Source: Candidatus Altiarchaeales archaeon (GTDB lineage: Archaea > Altiarchaeota > Altiarchaeia > IMC4 > SCGC-AAA252-I15). Taken from it: a stretch of DNA of 64,000 bases. Both the position numbers and the translations under genes were made by a program. The notes below the pieces were generated by a model. The model did no database searches, had not been told where the DNA came from, and saw only the letters and a program-made list of their open reading frames with translations. Positions 40,561 to 49,568 of this stretch are shown in pieces (positions within the stretch are counted from its first letter, which is position 1; every line of letters begins with the position of its first letter). The stretch lies in assembly GCA_014727915.1 (NCBI GenBank), contig WJMO01000005.1:96001-160000 (forward strand). Direction: 5' to 3'.

Positions 40561-41081
40561 CCGCATTCCCCCTCAGTCCAGGAGTCGATTTTTCCGCTAG
40601 CGCATGCGGCGCACCCATTACCGTATGTTACTCCATCGTCGCCGCAGACCGGCCTGTACTCCATCGTGCATATGCTCTGGTCCTTCTCCTCTTCAGTGCA
40701 GGCGTGAACTGGATTCGGGCATTCCCCCTTTGTGTATGATTTGACCTCTCCGCTCGAGCAGGCCGTGCACTTGTTACCGTATGTTACTCCATCGTCGCCG
40801 CAGACCGGCCGGTACTCCCTCGTGCAGGCTTTTCCGCGCATGTCTTCCTCTGTGCAGACTTTCTCCTGATCGCATTCTCCCTCGTATGCTACCTCCACGT
40901 CGCCTGCCATGCACTTGTTCCCGTAGGTCACCCCGTCGACCCCGCATACTGGCGTCCACTCCAACGTGCATGCCCTGACTTCAGCGTCGGATTCAACGGG
41001 GTTCTCCCGGCTTTCAGCTGTCATGCACCCTGAGGCAACCAAGACCACAGCCAATACCAGCATTTCCGCCTTATTCATCAT
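40554..41081 (-). CDS. Lipoprotein with three Kazal-type serine protease inhibitor domains
   Basis: Lipobox VASGC and three CT-x-E(W/Y)-x-PVCG-x-DGVTYGN-x-C...GEC repeats. Start is 41081 or 41078. Confidence 0.88.
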   Translation of the reverse strand: MMNKAEMLVLAVVLVASGCMTAESRENPVESDAEVRACTLEWTPVCGVDGVTYGNKCMAGDVEVAYEGECDQEKVCTEEDMRGKACTREYRPVCGDDGVTYGNKCTACSSGEVKSYTKGECPNPVHACTEEEKDQSICTMEYRPVCGDDGVTYGNGCAACASGKIDSWTEGECGQ

Positions 41082-41168
41082 TAATATCCTCATATTCTTA
41101 TTCTCCCCCCTGGCATATAAAAAGAGACCTTTTGTTTCGGTTGAAAACGAAAAGACCCCGCATTTCAC

Positions 41169-41181
41169 TGTTTTTTATACT
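41169..41181 (+). promoter_or_regulatory. Putative TATA element of ilvC (TGTTTTTTATACT)
   Basis: Lies ~43 nt before the ATG, followed by RBS GAGGGTGA. An identical 13-mer occurs at 59015-59027. Confidence 0.5.
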
Positions 41182-41223
41182 GTTTTCATATAATCATAGA
41201 CAATTTTCGAGGGTGATTTTACT

Positions 41224-42207
41224 ATGGCTAAGGTATATTATGACGACCACGCTGACTTGGCCGTCTTAGAGGGAAAGACCGTCGCCATCATAGGCTACGG
41301 CAACCAGGGAAGCGCTCAGGCTTTGAACATGAGGGATTCCGGAGTGAACGTCATTGTCGGCAGCATCGAGGACCCTTCGGCTGAGCAGGCGCGGAAGGAC
41401 GGCTTCGAGGTCATGCCCATAGCGGAGGCAGCCAACAAAGCCGACATAGTTCATATCCTTATCCCGGACGAGTACCAGAAGGCAGTGTACGACAAGGAAA
41501 TCGAGCCAGGCCTGGAAGAGGGCAATGCGCTCATGTTCAGCCACGGTTTCAACATAAGGTTCAAGAGGATCGTACCCCCCGGTAATGTTGATGTGATCAT
41601 GGTAGCTCCCAAGGGGCCGGGAATACTGGTCCGGAAGACCTACGAGGACGGATTCGGCACACCCTGCCTCATAGCTGTGGAGCAGAACGCGTCCGGAAAG
41701 GCTAAGGACGTCGTTCTCGCCTTGGCCAAGGCTGTTGGCGGCACCCGGGCGGGCGTAATAGAGACGACCTTCACCGAGGAGACCGAGACAGACCTGTTCG
41801 GCGAGCAGGTCGACCTCTGCGGTGGAGCCACCGAGCTGATAAAGGCCAGCTTCGACACCCTGGTGGAAGCGGGCTACCAGCCGGAGATAGCCTACTTTGA
41901 GGTCTTGCACGAGCTTAAGCTGATAGTAGACCTGGTCCAGGAGGGCGGCCTCGAGTACATGTGGACGAAGGTCTCCAACACCGCCGAATACGGCGGGAGG
42001 ACGAGGGGTCGGCGCATCATCACAGTCGAGTCCCGGAAGGCCATGAAAGACATACTGGCCGAGATAAGGGAGGACAAGTTCGCTGAGGAGTGGATCAGGG
42101 AGTGCCAGAACGGCCAGAACAACCTAAAGAAGATGCGGGAGGAAGACGGGAAGCTGCAGATAGAGAAAGTAGGAGCGGAACTGAGGAAGATGTTCAAGAC
42201 CTCCTAA
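41224..42207 (+). CDS. ilvC: Ketol-acid reductoisomerase
   Basis: [36 protein letters not shown] and SNTAEYG motifs. Confidence 0.97.
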   Translation: MAKVYYDDHADLAVLEGKTVAIIGYGNQGSAQALNMRDSGVNVIVGSIEDPSAEQARKDGFEVMPIAEAANKADIVHILIPDEYQKAVYDKEIEPGLEEGNALMFSHGFNIRFKRIVPPGNVDVIMVAPKGPGILVRKTYEDGFGTPCLIAVEQNASGKAKDVVLALAKAVGGTRAGVIETTFTEETETDLFGEQVDLCGGATELIKASFDTLVEAGYQPEIAYFEVLHELKLIVDLVQEGGLEYMWTKVSNTAEYGGRTRGRRIITVESRKAMKDILAEIREDKFAEEWIRECQNGQNNLKKMREEDGKLQIEKVGAELRKMFKTS

Positions 42208-42264
42208 ACAGGGCTTCCCACCCTCTATTTTCCCCCTTATTTTTTATTAATACCATTCTATACC

Positions 42265-43203
42265 ATGGCTAAGGTTGTTTCCATCGCATGGTTCCCCCGG
42301 TCTTATATACACCTATTCGAGACGTTCATAGGGTTGAAGAAGGTCAACCTGGAATTGGAAGACGTAAGATACTCTGATAGCCTGTCCTTTACCATAAAGA
42401 GCTACAAGGACATGCCGGACATAAGGTTCACCCAGGACTGGAGTGGACTCCACTATTTCACCGCCGAGTTTCCCGACGACGGTGTTGAGCGGTCGGCTGA
42501 CAGGTTCATGAAGGAGATGCAGATGCTCCTGGTGGAGAAGATACTCAGGGAATGCCATACCATGACCTACAAGCAGATTGTCGCTGACATAATGCCGTTG
42601 GACTTCCATAACATAGTACTGACGAACGGGACTGTTGAAACCGAAGGCTATCAGATGGTCGAGGCTGGCAGCTTGAAGGTCGCTCATAGGAAGGACGACG
42701 ACTACTACAGCGGGATGACAACGTATGTCATGGGCTCCGATGATGAAGCGCTGCTTAAGGTGCTGCTCTTCCACGCGTACACGGAGGTCGCATCCGACCT
42801 GATGTACAGCATGATAAAGGCCGTTACCAGGTTGTACCATGAGGCGGATTCCATAGTCTCGCAACTGGGCGCGTCAAAGGACATTGACTCTCTGAAGGAG
42901 CCCATGAAGGTGATGGACGAGATAATAAAGGAGTCCAGCGAACGCTATGGCAAGATGGAGCAGGTGCTCGTCAACTATGACCTCAAGGAGGAGGAGTATC
43001 TCTCGCTGGAATTGACCGACGAGGAGATGAAGCTCGCCGAGGCGCTTGGGATAGAGAAGGCATTTGACAAGATACAGTCTGATGGGATGTACATGGAGAT
43101 ACTCTGGAGTGACGTACTGGGAGACAGGCTGAAGAACATCGACTCAACATTGGACGCGCGGGTCATGATGCACACCACCTCCAAGAAAAAGGGCCTCTTC
43201 TAA
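42265..43203 (+). CDS. Hypothetical soluble protein
   Basis: 312-aa ORF with normal codon usage filling the ilvC-hisF gap; helical C-terminal half. Confidence 0.7.
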   Translation: MAKVVSIAWFPRSYIHLFETFIGLKKVNLELEDVRYSDSLSFTIKSYKDMPDIRFTQDWSGLHYFTAEFPDDGVERSADRFMKEMQMLLVEKILRECHTMTYKQIVADIMPLDFHNIVLTNGTVETEGYQMVEAGSLKVAHRKDDDYYSGMTTYVMGSDDEALLKVLLFHAYTEVASDLMYSMIKAVTRLYHEADSIVSQLGASKDIDSLKEPMKVMDEIIKESSERYGKMEQVLVNYDLKEEEYLSLELTDEEMKLAEALGIEKAFDKIQSDGMYMEILWSDVLGDRLKNIDSTLDARVMMHTTSKKKGLF

Positions 43204-43256
43204 CTATTCGGAAAAAATTCGAAAATATTGTGAAAAAGATTTAAATAGTTCATAAA

Positions 43257-43404
43257 ATGTTGACTAAGCGTGTAATTCCCTGTTTGGGCTGCGAGTCGGA
43301 GTTTGCCGACGTCAAACGGCGTGTTCGGTCTGCGGCCGAACACACCTTAGCTTGGAGGTTGCAGGGATGTTGACTAAGCGTGTAATTCCCTGTTTGGACT
43401 GCGA
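43257..43404 (+). repeat. 38-bp direct repeat (37/38 identical) of the hisF 5' end flanking a 72-bp palindromic spacer
   Basis: ATGTTGACTAAGCGTGTAATTCCCTGTTTGG(G/A)CTGCGA at 43257-43294 and 43367-43404. Confidence 0.95.
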
Positions 43405-44143
43405 CCTCACAGTCCCCGAGGGGCGGGTCGTTAAGGGCGTCAAGTTCAAGCAGATACGTTATGCAGGAGAACCGGCTGAACTTGCTGCACAGTACAGCAG
43501 GGAAGGTGCGGATGAGATAGTATTCCTCGACATAACCGCATCACATGAGCGGCGGGAGACTATGATCCATGTCATCGAGAAGACCAGCGAGGAGGTGTTC
43601 ATGCCCCTCACAGTGGGTGGGGGAATCAAGACAACAGAGGACGTTCAGAAGATACTGAAGGCAGGCGCGGACAAGATAACCGTTAACACGACCGCCATCA
43701 AGAACCCAGACTTCGTGCGGGAGGCGTCCCGGAAGTTCGGTAGCCAGTGCATCGTCATAGCCATCGACAGCAAACGCACTGGGAACACGCCCAGCGGCCA
43801 TGAGTGCTCCATATACGGCGGCCGGGAGATGACAGGCGTCGACACCCTCGAATGGGCGCGTAAGGTGGAAGAACTCGGCGCCGGCGAGATAATGCTAACA
43901 TCCATGGACCGGGACGGCACCAAGGAAGGATTCGACCTGGAACTGACCCGGCTGATATCCGAGTCTCTTACCATACCCGTTATCGCATCCGGAGGCGTCG
44001 GCGAGCCCAGGCACATGGTCGAAGCCTTCACAGAAGGCAAGGCCGACGCAGCCCTCGCCGCAAGCATATTCCACTTCAAAGAATACCCCATACCCGTTGT
44101 CAAGAAGTATATGCAGGACCATGGATTGCCCGTGAGATTCTAG
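43367..44143 (+). CDS. hisF: Imidazole glycerol phosphate synthase cyclase subunit
   Basis: [46 protein letters not shown] and AALAASIFH motifs; RBS GGAGGT upstream. Confidence 0.97.
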   Translation: MLTKRVIPCLDCDLTVPEGRVVKGVKFKQIRYAGEPAELAAQYSREGADEIVFLDITASHERRETMIHVIEKTSEEVFMPLTVGGGIKTTEDVQKILKAGADKITVNTTAIKNPDFVREASRKFGSQCIVIAIDSKRTGNTPSGHECSIYGGREMTGVDTLEWARKVEELGAGEIMLTSMDRDGTKEGFDLELTRLISESLTIPVIASGGVGEPRHMVEAFTEGKADAALAASIFHFKEYPIPVVKKYMQDHGLPVRF

Positions 44144-44147
44144 GAAA

Positions 44148-46412
44148 TCAACTGTTGGGAATCTCGAATGGCGGCTGCTCGTGGAAGCTCTTCAACTCTC
44201 CCAGGAACGGCAGTTCGGCCTTCCACAAATCCTCCAGCTCCCTCTGGTTGCTTGCCTCGCAGGACCTCTTCAAAAGCTCGTCTTCTCCAAGCTTGTCCCA
44301 GGGCACCATATTAGTCCCGGCGATTATGTCCTTGGCCTGCGGTATCAGCCCAGCCCTGCCGCTCAACTCCCTTATCCCCAGCCGGCTGGCTATGCACGCG
44401 CCAACAGGGTTCAAAGCCCATTCACCGCACATGCCCACCTCGGTCACGTCATTTTCGCCGAGTATCGCCTGGGACCTGATCAGCAGGGGTATTATCCCCG
44501 GGTGGACGACGGGGAAGTCAGGGTGAGTCCTAGGTATCGCCAGCTCATGGGATATCAGGTCGTTGGTCCCGTAGCTGAAGAACTCGGCCAAGTCCACGAA
44601 CTTTCGCAGGTTCCTTATGCACTCCGGGGTCTCGACCATGATGCCAATCTGGGGGGTTGAAACCCCTATCGATGTCGCCACCTCCTCCACCCTCCTCCTG
44701 TACTCTATGAAATCGTCCGGGTTCTGGGCCATGGGCAGCATGAGCCTTACGTTGGTCTTGCCGGTCCTGTTCACCCTATCCGCTGCTTTTAGGAAGCCTG
44801 TCAACGCGCTCTCGTGCAACTCTGGGATGTCCCTTAGGAAGTCCCACCCACCCTGGTAGTGTCCGTATCTGAGATTCGGGTAAAGGACCTTCAGGACTTC
44901 CCCCGGCTTGTCACGGCTTCCCAGGTCCAGGTCGCGGAACGTGACCTGGCGCCCGCCCAGGTTCTCGACAACCCTGCTCACATGGGAGGCCATCTCCCTC
45001 TCGTTCACCCGGCAGAACTCGTCCAGGCTCATATCCCTCAGCTCCTCCTCCGGTATAGACCCAAGTATCCTAAACTGCTTTCCCTCTAGCCTTGCCAGCC
45101 CTATAACAGTAGCTCCCATGTTACTGGCTGACTTAGCCTGGTTTGCGAAGTCCACGTTGGCTCCTATGAAAACGCGATTCTGGTCCTGCGTGTATGCTGG
45201 CTTGTCCCTGTTGGCCAGGCGTCGCTCCTCCTGGTCAGCGTAGAACTGCCTCTTCCTCTCATAGTATCCCAGTGTCACTTCGTCCGGGTTGAACACCACC
45301 ATCCCGTCAGCCTCGTCTATTATGACCCCTGAAACCCCAGTCCTTAGCCTAACGTTTGGCAGTTCTTTCACTCCCATCGCGGTGGGCGTGTTCTGGGCGA
45401 AGATGCACGTGTGGTCTCCAAGCCCCCCATGTTGGAACACCAATCCTGCGACTCCCGCCTCCAGGATCTGGGTTTCGATGGTGGGCGGCAGAGTCGGAGC
45501 GCAGATTATCGGATTTGGATAGTCTGCCTTCACCCAGTCTGCGAACACGTCATTCTCGCCTTTACGGGTTTCTTCTGGCGTTCCCTTCCTCCTCTCCTGG
45601 GGTATCCGCTGGTGTGCGAGCAGATTGGCTGCGTTGGACAGTTCAACGTTAGTGCGCGAGGCTTCCGACCTCTCACCGGGTTGGCTGTCCCTGTCCCCCT
45701 CAATGTGCTGGAATATGATGGAGTATGCCTGCGCTACCTCGTCGACAGCCCATTCAGCGTTTATCCTCTGGGTGGCTATCAAGTCCACTGCCGGTATCAC
45801 AGATACCTGGACTGTTTCAGGGAGGCCTTCAACCCTTTCAAGATCTGCCAGCCCTACCTTGCTACCGTCTTCCATGTTCACCGACATCAAAGCCACCAGG
45901 TTCTCAGATGCCTGGCAGAGCCTTGGCAGCGAGTCTCGCCTTACAGGTATGCTGGACGTGTTTGGCTTGGCCACTGGTGAGGGCGGCTTGTCCTTATCAA
46001 CCTTCTGTAGGACCCTGTCCTCTCCGAATATTATCCTCTTGGCCTGGGAGTCATACAGGGTTTGCATAAAAGAGAACGGAGGGTTCCGTACCATATCGTC
46101 TCCTATCCTATACAATAGATCGGCTTCGGCGACTGCCCCCGCCTCAGTCTCAATCCTCCTCTTCGGTACAAGGTGCCCTGGGTCGAGGACGTGCGCGGTT
46201 CCGATGGTGATCCGGGGCATGCTGGTTGTCGTAGCCTTTGCCACGACCATCCGCAGCGTCTCCGTCTTTCCCGATTCAGGCTGCGCTCCCAGGACGCCCT
46301 GCCCTGCCACCTCATGGTCCAACCCCTCCTTGCCGGGTATCGGCGGTTGTACCGGCTTCTGCGGCTTATGAGGTTGCTTTATCGGCCCCTTGTCCTGGTC
46401 GTTTTCAGCCAT
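44148..46412 (-). CDS. Divergent PEP-protein phosphotransferase (PTS Enzyme I)-like protein
   Basis: GG-x3-HT phospho-His motif (GGLGDHT), IGLARLE, FRDLDLG-x2-DK, GIMVETP, FFSYGTNDL and GMCGE, plus an N-terminal disordered extension. Confidence 0.8.
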   Translation of the reverse strand: MAENDQDKGPIKQPHKPQKPVQPPIPGKEGLDHEVAGQGVLGAQPESGKTETLRMVVAKATTTSMPRITIGTAHVLDPGHLVPKRRIETEAGAVAEADLLYRIGDDMVRNPPFSFMQTLYDSQAKRIIFGEDRVLQKVDKDKPPSPVAKPNTSSIPVRRDSLPRLCQASENLVALMSVNMEDGSKVGLADLERVEGLPETVQVSVIPAVDLIATQRINAEWAVDEVAQAYSIIFQHIEGDRDSQPGERSEASRTNVELSNAANLLAHQRIPQERRKGTPEETRKGENDVFADWVKADYPNPIICAPTLPPTIETQILEAGVAGLVFQHGGLGDHTCIFAQNTPTAMGVKELPNVRLRTGVSGVIIDEADGMVVFNPDEVTLGYYERKRQFYADQEERRLANRDKPAYTQDQNRVFIGANVDFANQAKSASNMGATVIGLARLEGKQFRILGSIPEEELRDMSLDEFCRVNEREMASHVSRVVENLGGRQVTFRDLDLGSRDKPGEVLKVLYPNLRYGHYQGGWDFLRDIPELHESALTGFLKAADRVNRTGKTNVRLMLPMAQNPDDFIEYRRRVEEVATSIGVSTPQIGIMVETPECIRNLRKFVDLAEFFSYGTNDLISHELAIPRTHPDFPVVHPGIIPLLIRSQAILGENDVTEVGMCGEWALNPVGACIASRLGIRELSGRAGLIPQAKDIIAGTNMVPWDKLGEDELLKRSCEASNQRELEDLWKAELPFLGELKSFHEQPPFEIPNS

Positions 46413-46542
46413 AAATGATATAGACTAGGAATCTTTAGGAAAAAAATAGCATAAAAAGAGCTTTTAGGGTGGGATTTCACCATCGCATAACACTTGTTTG
46501 ACGGTTTGGATAGAGTGTGCCCTGATTTTTCACCCCCTCCCC

Positions 46543-48246
46543 CTATTTTTCTGTTACGTGCTCCCTCTCTATCATCTTGTGGAGCTGTCCCGTTGCTGGT
46601 ACCATGGGGAGGATGTGCTCGTCTGGGTCGACTAGTATGTCCAGGACGTAGGTTTCTCCGCTTTCCATCGCCAGCTTCAGCGCGTCGTGTATTTCGCCAG
46701 GCTTGTCTATCCTCAATCCCTTGGCTCCGTAGGCTTCCGCCAACTTCACGAAATCCGGGATATCCCCTAGGTATGTGTGCGATCTCCGCTTGTCGTAGAA
46801 GAGGTCCTGCCACTGTTTGACCATGCCGAGGTACTGGTTCTTCATGAGTATGACCGTTACGGGTATGTCCTCTACGACACAGGTCGCCAGGTCCTGGCTT
46901 GTCATCATGAAACTGCCCTCTGACCCGACGTCAACGACCTTATGGTCTGGTTTCGCGACTTTCGCGCCTATGGCGTATGGGAACCCCGCTCCCATAGTGC
47001 CCAATCCTCCTGAGCTGATGAACTGCCGCGGGTTCTTGATCTGCAGGTAGTGTGCTGCGAACATCTGGCACTGCCCGACCTCGGTAGTGATGATGGTCTT
47101 CTTGTCCAAGAGGGTGTTGAGCTCCTTCATGACCCTCTGCTGTTTTATGGGCACGTCGTCGTAGTCCCACTTTGAAAAGTGCTCTTTCTTGTATTCTTCG
47201 ACTTTTCTGTGCCATTCGGTGCCGCCTTTCCTCTTCTTCCTCCCGATCAGGGACAGCATGTTCTTCAACACCAGCCGTGCGTCCCCGACTATCGGCAGGT
47301 CGACGTCCACGTTCTTCCCTATCTCCGCGCTGTCCAGGTCAACGTGTATGACCCTTGAGTTGGGAGCGAAGTAGTTGACGTCGCAGGTGACCCTGTCGCT
47401 GAACCTGACCCCCACCGCGAACACCAGGTCAGAGTCGGTGATGAGGAGGTTGGCCTGTTTGGTCCCGTGCATACCCCACATGCCAAGCGATAGTGGCTTG
47501 TCCTCTGGGTAGCAGCCTTTGCCCATGAGCGTCGTCGCGACCGGTATCGTTAGCGAGTCCGCCAGCTTCCTGAGCTCGTTGCTCGCCCCCGCCAGTATGA
47601 CGCCCCCTCCTGCCAGTATGACCGGCCGTTCGGCGTCCATCAGCATCTGAACGGCTTTTTTCAGCTGGACGGGGTGTCCGCCGCTCCTCTTCTCCTTGTA
47701 CCCGGGCAGGTCAGCGTCCTTCGGGTATGTGAACCTCTTTAGTTTAGCCTGTTGGACGTCTTTGGGCAGGTCTATGAGCACCGGCCCCGGCCTCCTGGTG
47801 GCTGCTATCTTGAACGCGGCCCTGAAGGTCTTGGGGATGTCCTCAACGTCGGTCACCTGGAAGTTGTGCTTGGTGATTGGCATTGTGATGCCCATCATGT
47901 CAGCCTCCTGGAAGGCGTCATTCCCTATCTGACAGGTTGGCACCTGCCCGGTCAAAGCGACAATGGGTGTTGAGTCACAGTATGCGTCCGCTATCCCGGT
48001 CACGAGGTTCGTGGCTCCCGGGCCGGATGTGGCCATGCAGACGCCAACATCCCCTGAGGCCCTGGCGTAGCCTTCGGCTGCGTGTGCCGCGCACTGCTCG
48101 TGCCTCATCAGAATATGCCTCAGGTCCTCCCTGTCAATCTGATGGAGGATGTCGTAGACTTCCATTATGGAGCCTCCGAGTATGCCGAATATGTGCTTCA
48201 CACCCTCCGCCTGCAAGGATCTGACGATCGCCTCCGAACCCTTCAT
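46543..48246 (-). CDS. ilvB: Acetolactate synthase large subunit
   Basis: RHEQ, TSGPGATN, DAFQE, GMHG, RFSDRV, SGGLGTMG and NQYLGMVKQWQ motifs. Confidence 0.96.
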   Translation of the reverse strand: MKGSEAIVRSLQAEGVKHIFGILGGSIMEVYDILHQIDREDLRHILMRHEQCAAHAAEGYARASGDVGVCMATSGPGATNLVTGIADAYCDSTPIVALTGQVPTCQIGNDAFQEADMMGITMPITKHNFQVTDVEDIPKTFRAAFKIAATRRPGPVLIDLPKDVQQAKLKRFTYPKDADLPGYKEKRSGGHPVQLKKAVQMLMDAERPVILAGGGVILAGASNELRKLADSLTIPVATTLMGKGCYPEDKPLSLGMWGMHGTKQANLLITDSDLVFAVGVRFSDRVTCDVNYFAPNSRVIHVDLDSAEIGKNVDVDLPIVGDARLVLKNMLSLIGRKKRKGGTEWHRKVEEYKKEHFSKWDYDDVPIKQQRVMKELNTLLDKKTIITTEVGQCQMFAAHYLQIKNPRQFISSGGLGTMGAGFPYAIGAKVAKPDHKVVDVGSEGSFMMTSQDLATCVVEDIPVTVILMKNQYLGMVKQWQDLFYDKRRSHTYLGDIPDFVKLAEAYGAKGLRIDKPGEIHDALKLAMESGETYVLDILVDPDEHILPMVPATGQLHKMIEREHVTEK

Positions 48247-48255
48247 TTTGCCCTC

Positions 48256-48341
48256 ATACGTTCTGAAACCACGCCCTTTAAGGGGTTGATGGTTTCATAT
48301 TCATTGAATTCGCGGTTTCAGACGTATCAAACCAGTGGTTT
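48256..48341 (-). promoter_or_regulatory. Structured/palindromic element in ilvB leader
   Basis: Inverted repeat 48256-48273 / 48311-48327 (17 bp, one bulge, one G-U), an extra GGTTTCA copy at 48291-48297, and palindrome AAACCA-G-TGGTTT at 48329-48341. Confidence 0.6.
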
Positions 48342-48416
48342 AAGCCGATGGTACTGATATATACGGAAAACCGCAAAATATATAGTAATTCGCAACAGGA
48401 CTTAATAAAAGATAAG

Positions 48417-49568
48417 ATGAAAGGCTCGACTAAAAGCGGTTCAGGCCCTTCTGAAGGCCTTAGGGATTATGTTCTCGCGGCTCTTTCGAAGATTGGCCTC
48501 TCGGTCTCGTCGGTTGAGGTCCGGGGGGAGCATGAGGTCAGGGTATTCGCCCGCACCGAGCATAAGGCTGTTGACAACAGTGTCTTCGTGGAGGCGCGGA
48601 AGCAGAAGAGGAGGGTCGGCCGCCACGAGATCGAGAAGCTCAAGGAGTGGATGGACGATGAGAACAGCGACTCGGGGGTTTTCATATCCCTGTCCGGCTT
48701 CACTGACGAGGCATACGAGTACGCTTCAGAAAGGGGCATAAGAGCGTTCACCCCTGAGGATTTGGACGGTTTCGGTTCCGAAAGGCATGTCAGCCCAGAA
48801 CACCACATATATGCGAAGGTGTTTGAGGAGGCTGTGGACTTGGTGGGGGCTACCAACTACTTCAACGCCCGCAGGCGCAAGTCACTATTCGGTCTTGGAG
48901 GATATGTCGAGGATATAGATTTCGTGGAAGGACGATATGCTCCTGTCGGGGTTTTCGAGCTGAAGAGGAAGGCGGACCCGCGTCAGCATCCGACGCCCAA
49001 CACGACTGTCGGAGGCGAGAACACGTTCTTCATAAACCTCACATCCTGCGAGATATACTATCTGTACCTTGGGGTGGCTGGCCGGGGTGCGCGCCTCAAG
49101 GCGTCTAATGTTCTAAGGCGCATGATGGACCTGTCCGAGCCTGCTGTCCGTATCATTGGCGACATAGTGGGGGGTAAGGAACTTCTCTTCGAGGACATGG
49201 ACGTCGACCAGAAGCTTCTGATGCAGGAGGACCCGCATATGATGGCCTACGTGGAGAATCTGGGCCTGGTCTGGCGCAGAGACGATGGCAGGGGTTACCT
49301 GTCCAACATAGACCTTCCCCCATTCAACGACACCAGGTATAACCTCTACGATCACCTGGCTGTGAAGGAGTCTGTTGAGAGCAGGTGTCCAGCCGATGAG
49401 ATCGTCTACCCTCCATCTGGTCTTCTGCAGCTTCTGAAAGACTTCATGAAGTCGGACGGAGAGTTCCACGGCGTCATATACATGCCCTACTACTACTGCA
49501 GGTTCGTGGGGTCCAACGGAGCTTACCGTTATGAGACTTTGGATAACATAAGATTCAAAAATGGGTGA
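48417..49568 (+). CDS. Mrr-like (restriction endonuclease fold) domain protein, degenerate active site
   Basis: VFVEARKQKRRVG..EI..L and GVFISLSGFTDEA..YA..GI match the Mrr_cat scaffold. Confidence 0.7.
   Translation: MKGSTKSGSGPSEGLRDYVLAALSKIGLSVSSVEVRGEHEVRVFARTEHKAVDNSVFVEARKQKRRVGRHEIEKLKEWMDDENSDSGVFISLSGFTDEAYEYASERGIRAFTPEDLDGFGSERHVSPEHHIYAKVFEEAVDLVGATNYFNARRRKSLFGLGGYVEDIDFVEGRYAPVGVFELKRKADPRQHPTPNTTVGGENTFFINLTSCEIYYLYLGVAGRGARLKASNVLRRMMDLSEPAVRIIGDIVGGKELLFEDMDVDQKLLMQEDPHMMAYVENLGLVWRRDDGRGYLSNIDLPPFNDTRYNLYDHLAVKESVESRCPADEIVYPPSGLLQLLKDFMKSDGEFHGVIYMPYYYCRFVGSNGAYRYETLDNIRFKNG

Noticed and set aside
43257-43373. Classical His-rich attenuator peptide for hisF
   Set aside because: The upstream ORF has a single His codon and derives from a duplication of the hisF start.
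45411-46371. Long plus-strand ORFs (189 and 248 aa)
   Set aside because: They are antisense to the motif-supported Enzyme I-like gene and have no motifs of their own.
48256-48341. TPP riboswitch upstream of the TPP-dependent ilvB
   Set aside because: The conserved CUGAGA and ACCUGAU core motifs are not present; kept only as an unknown element.
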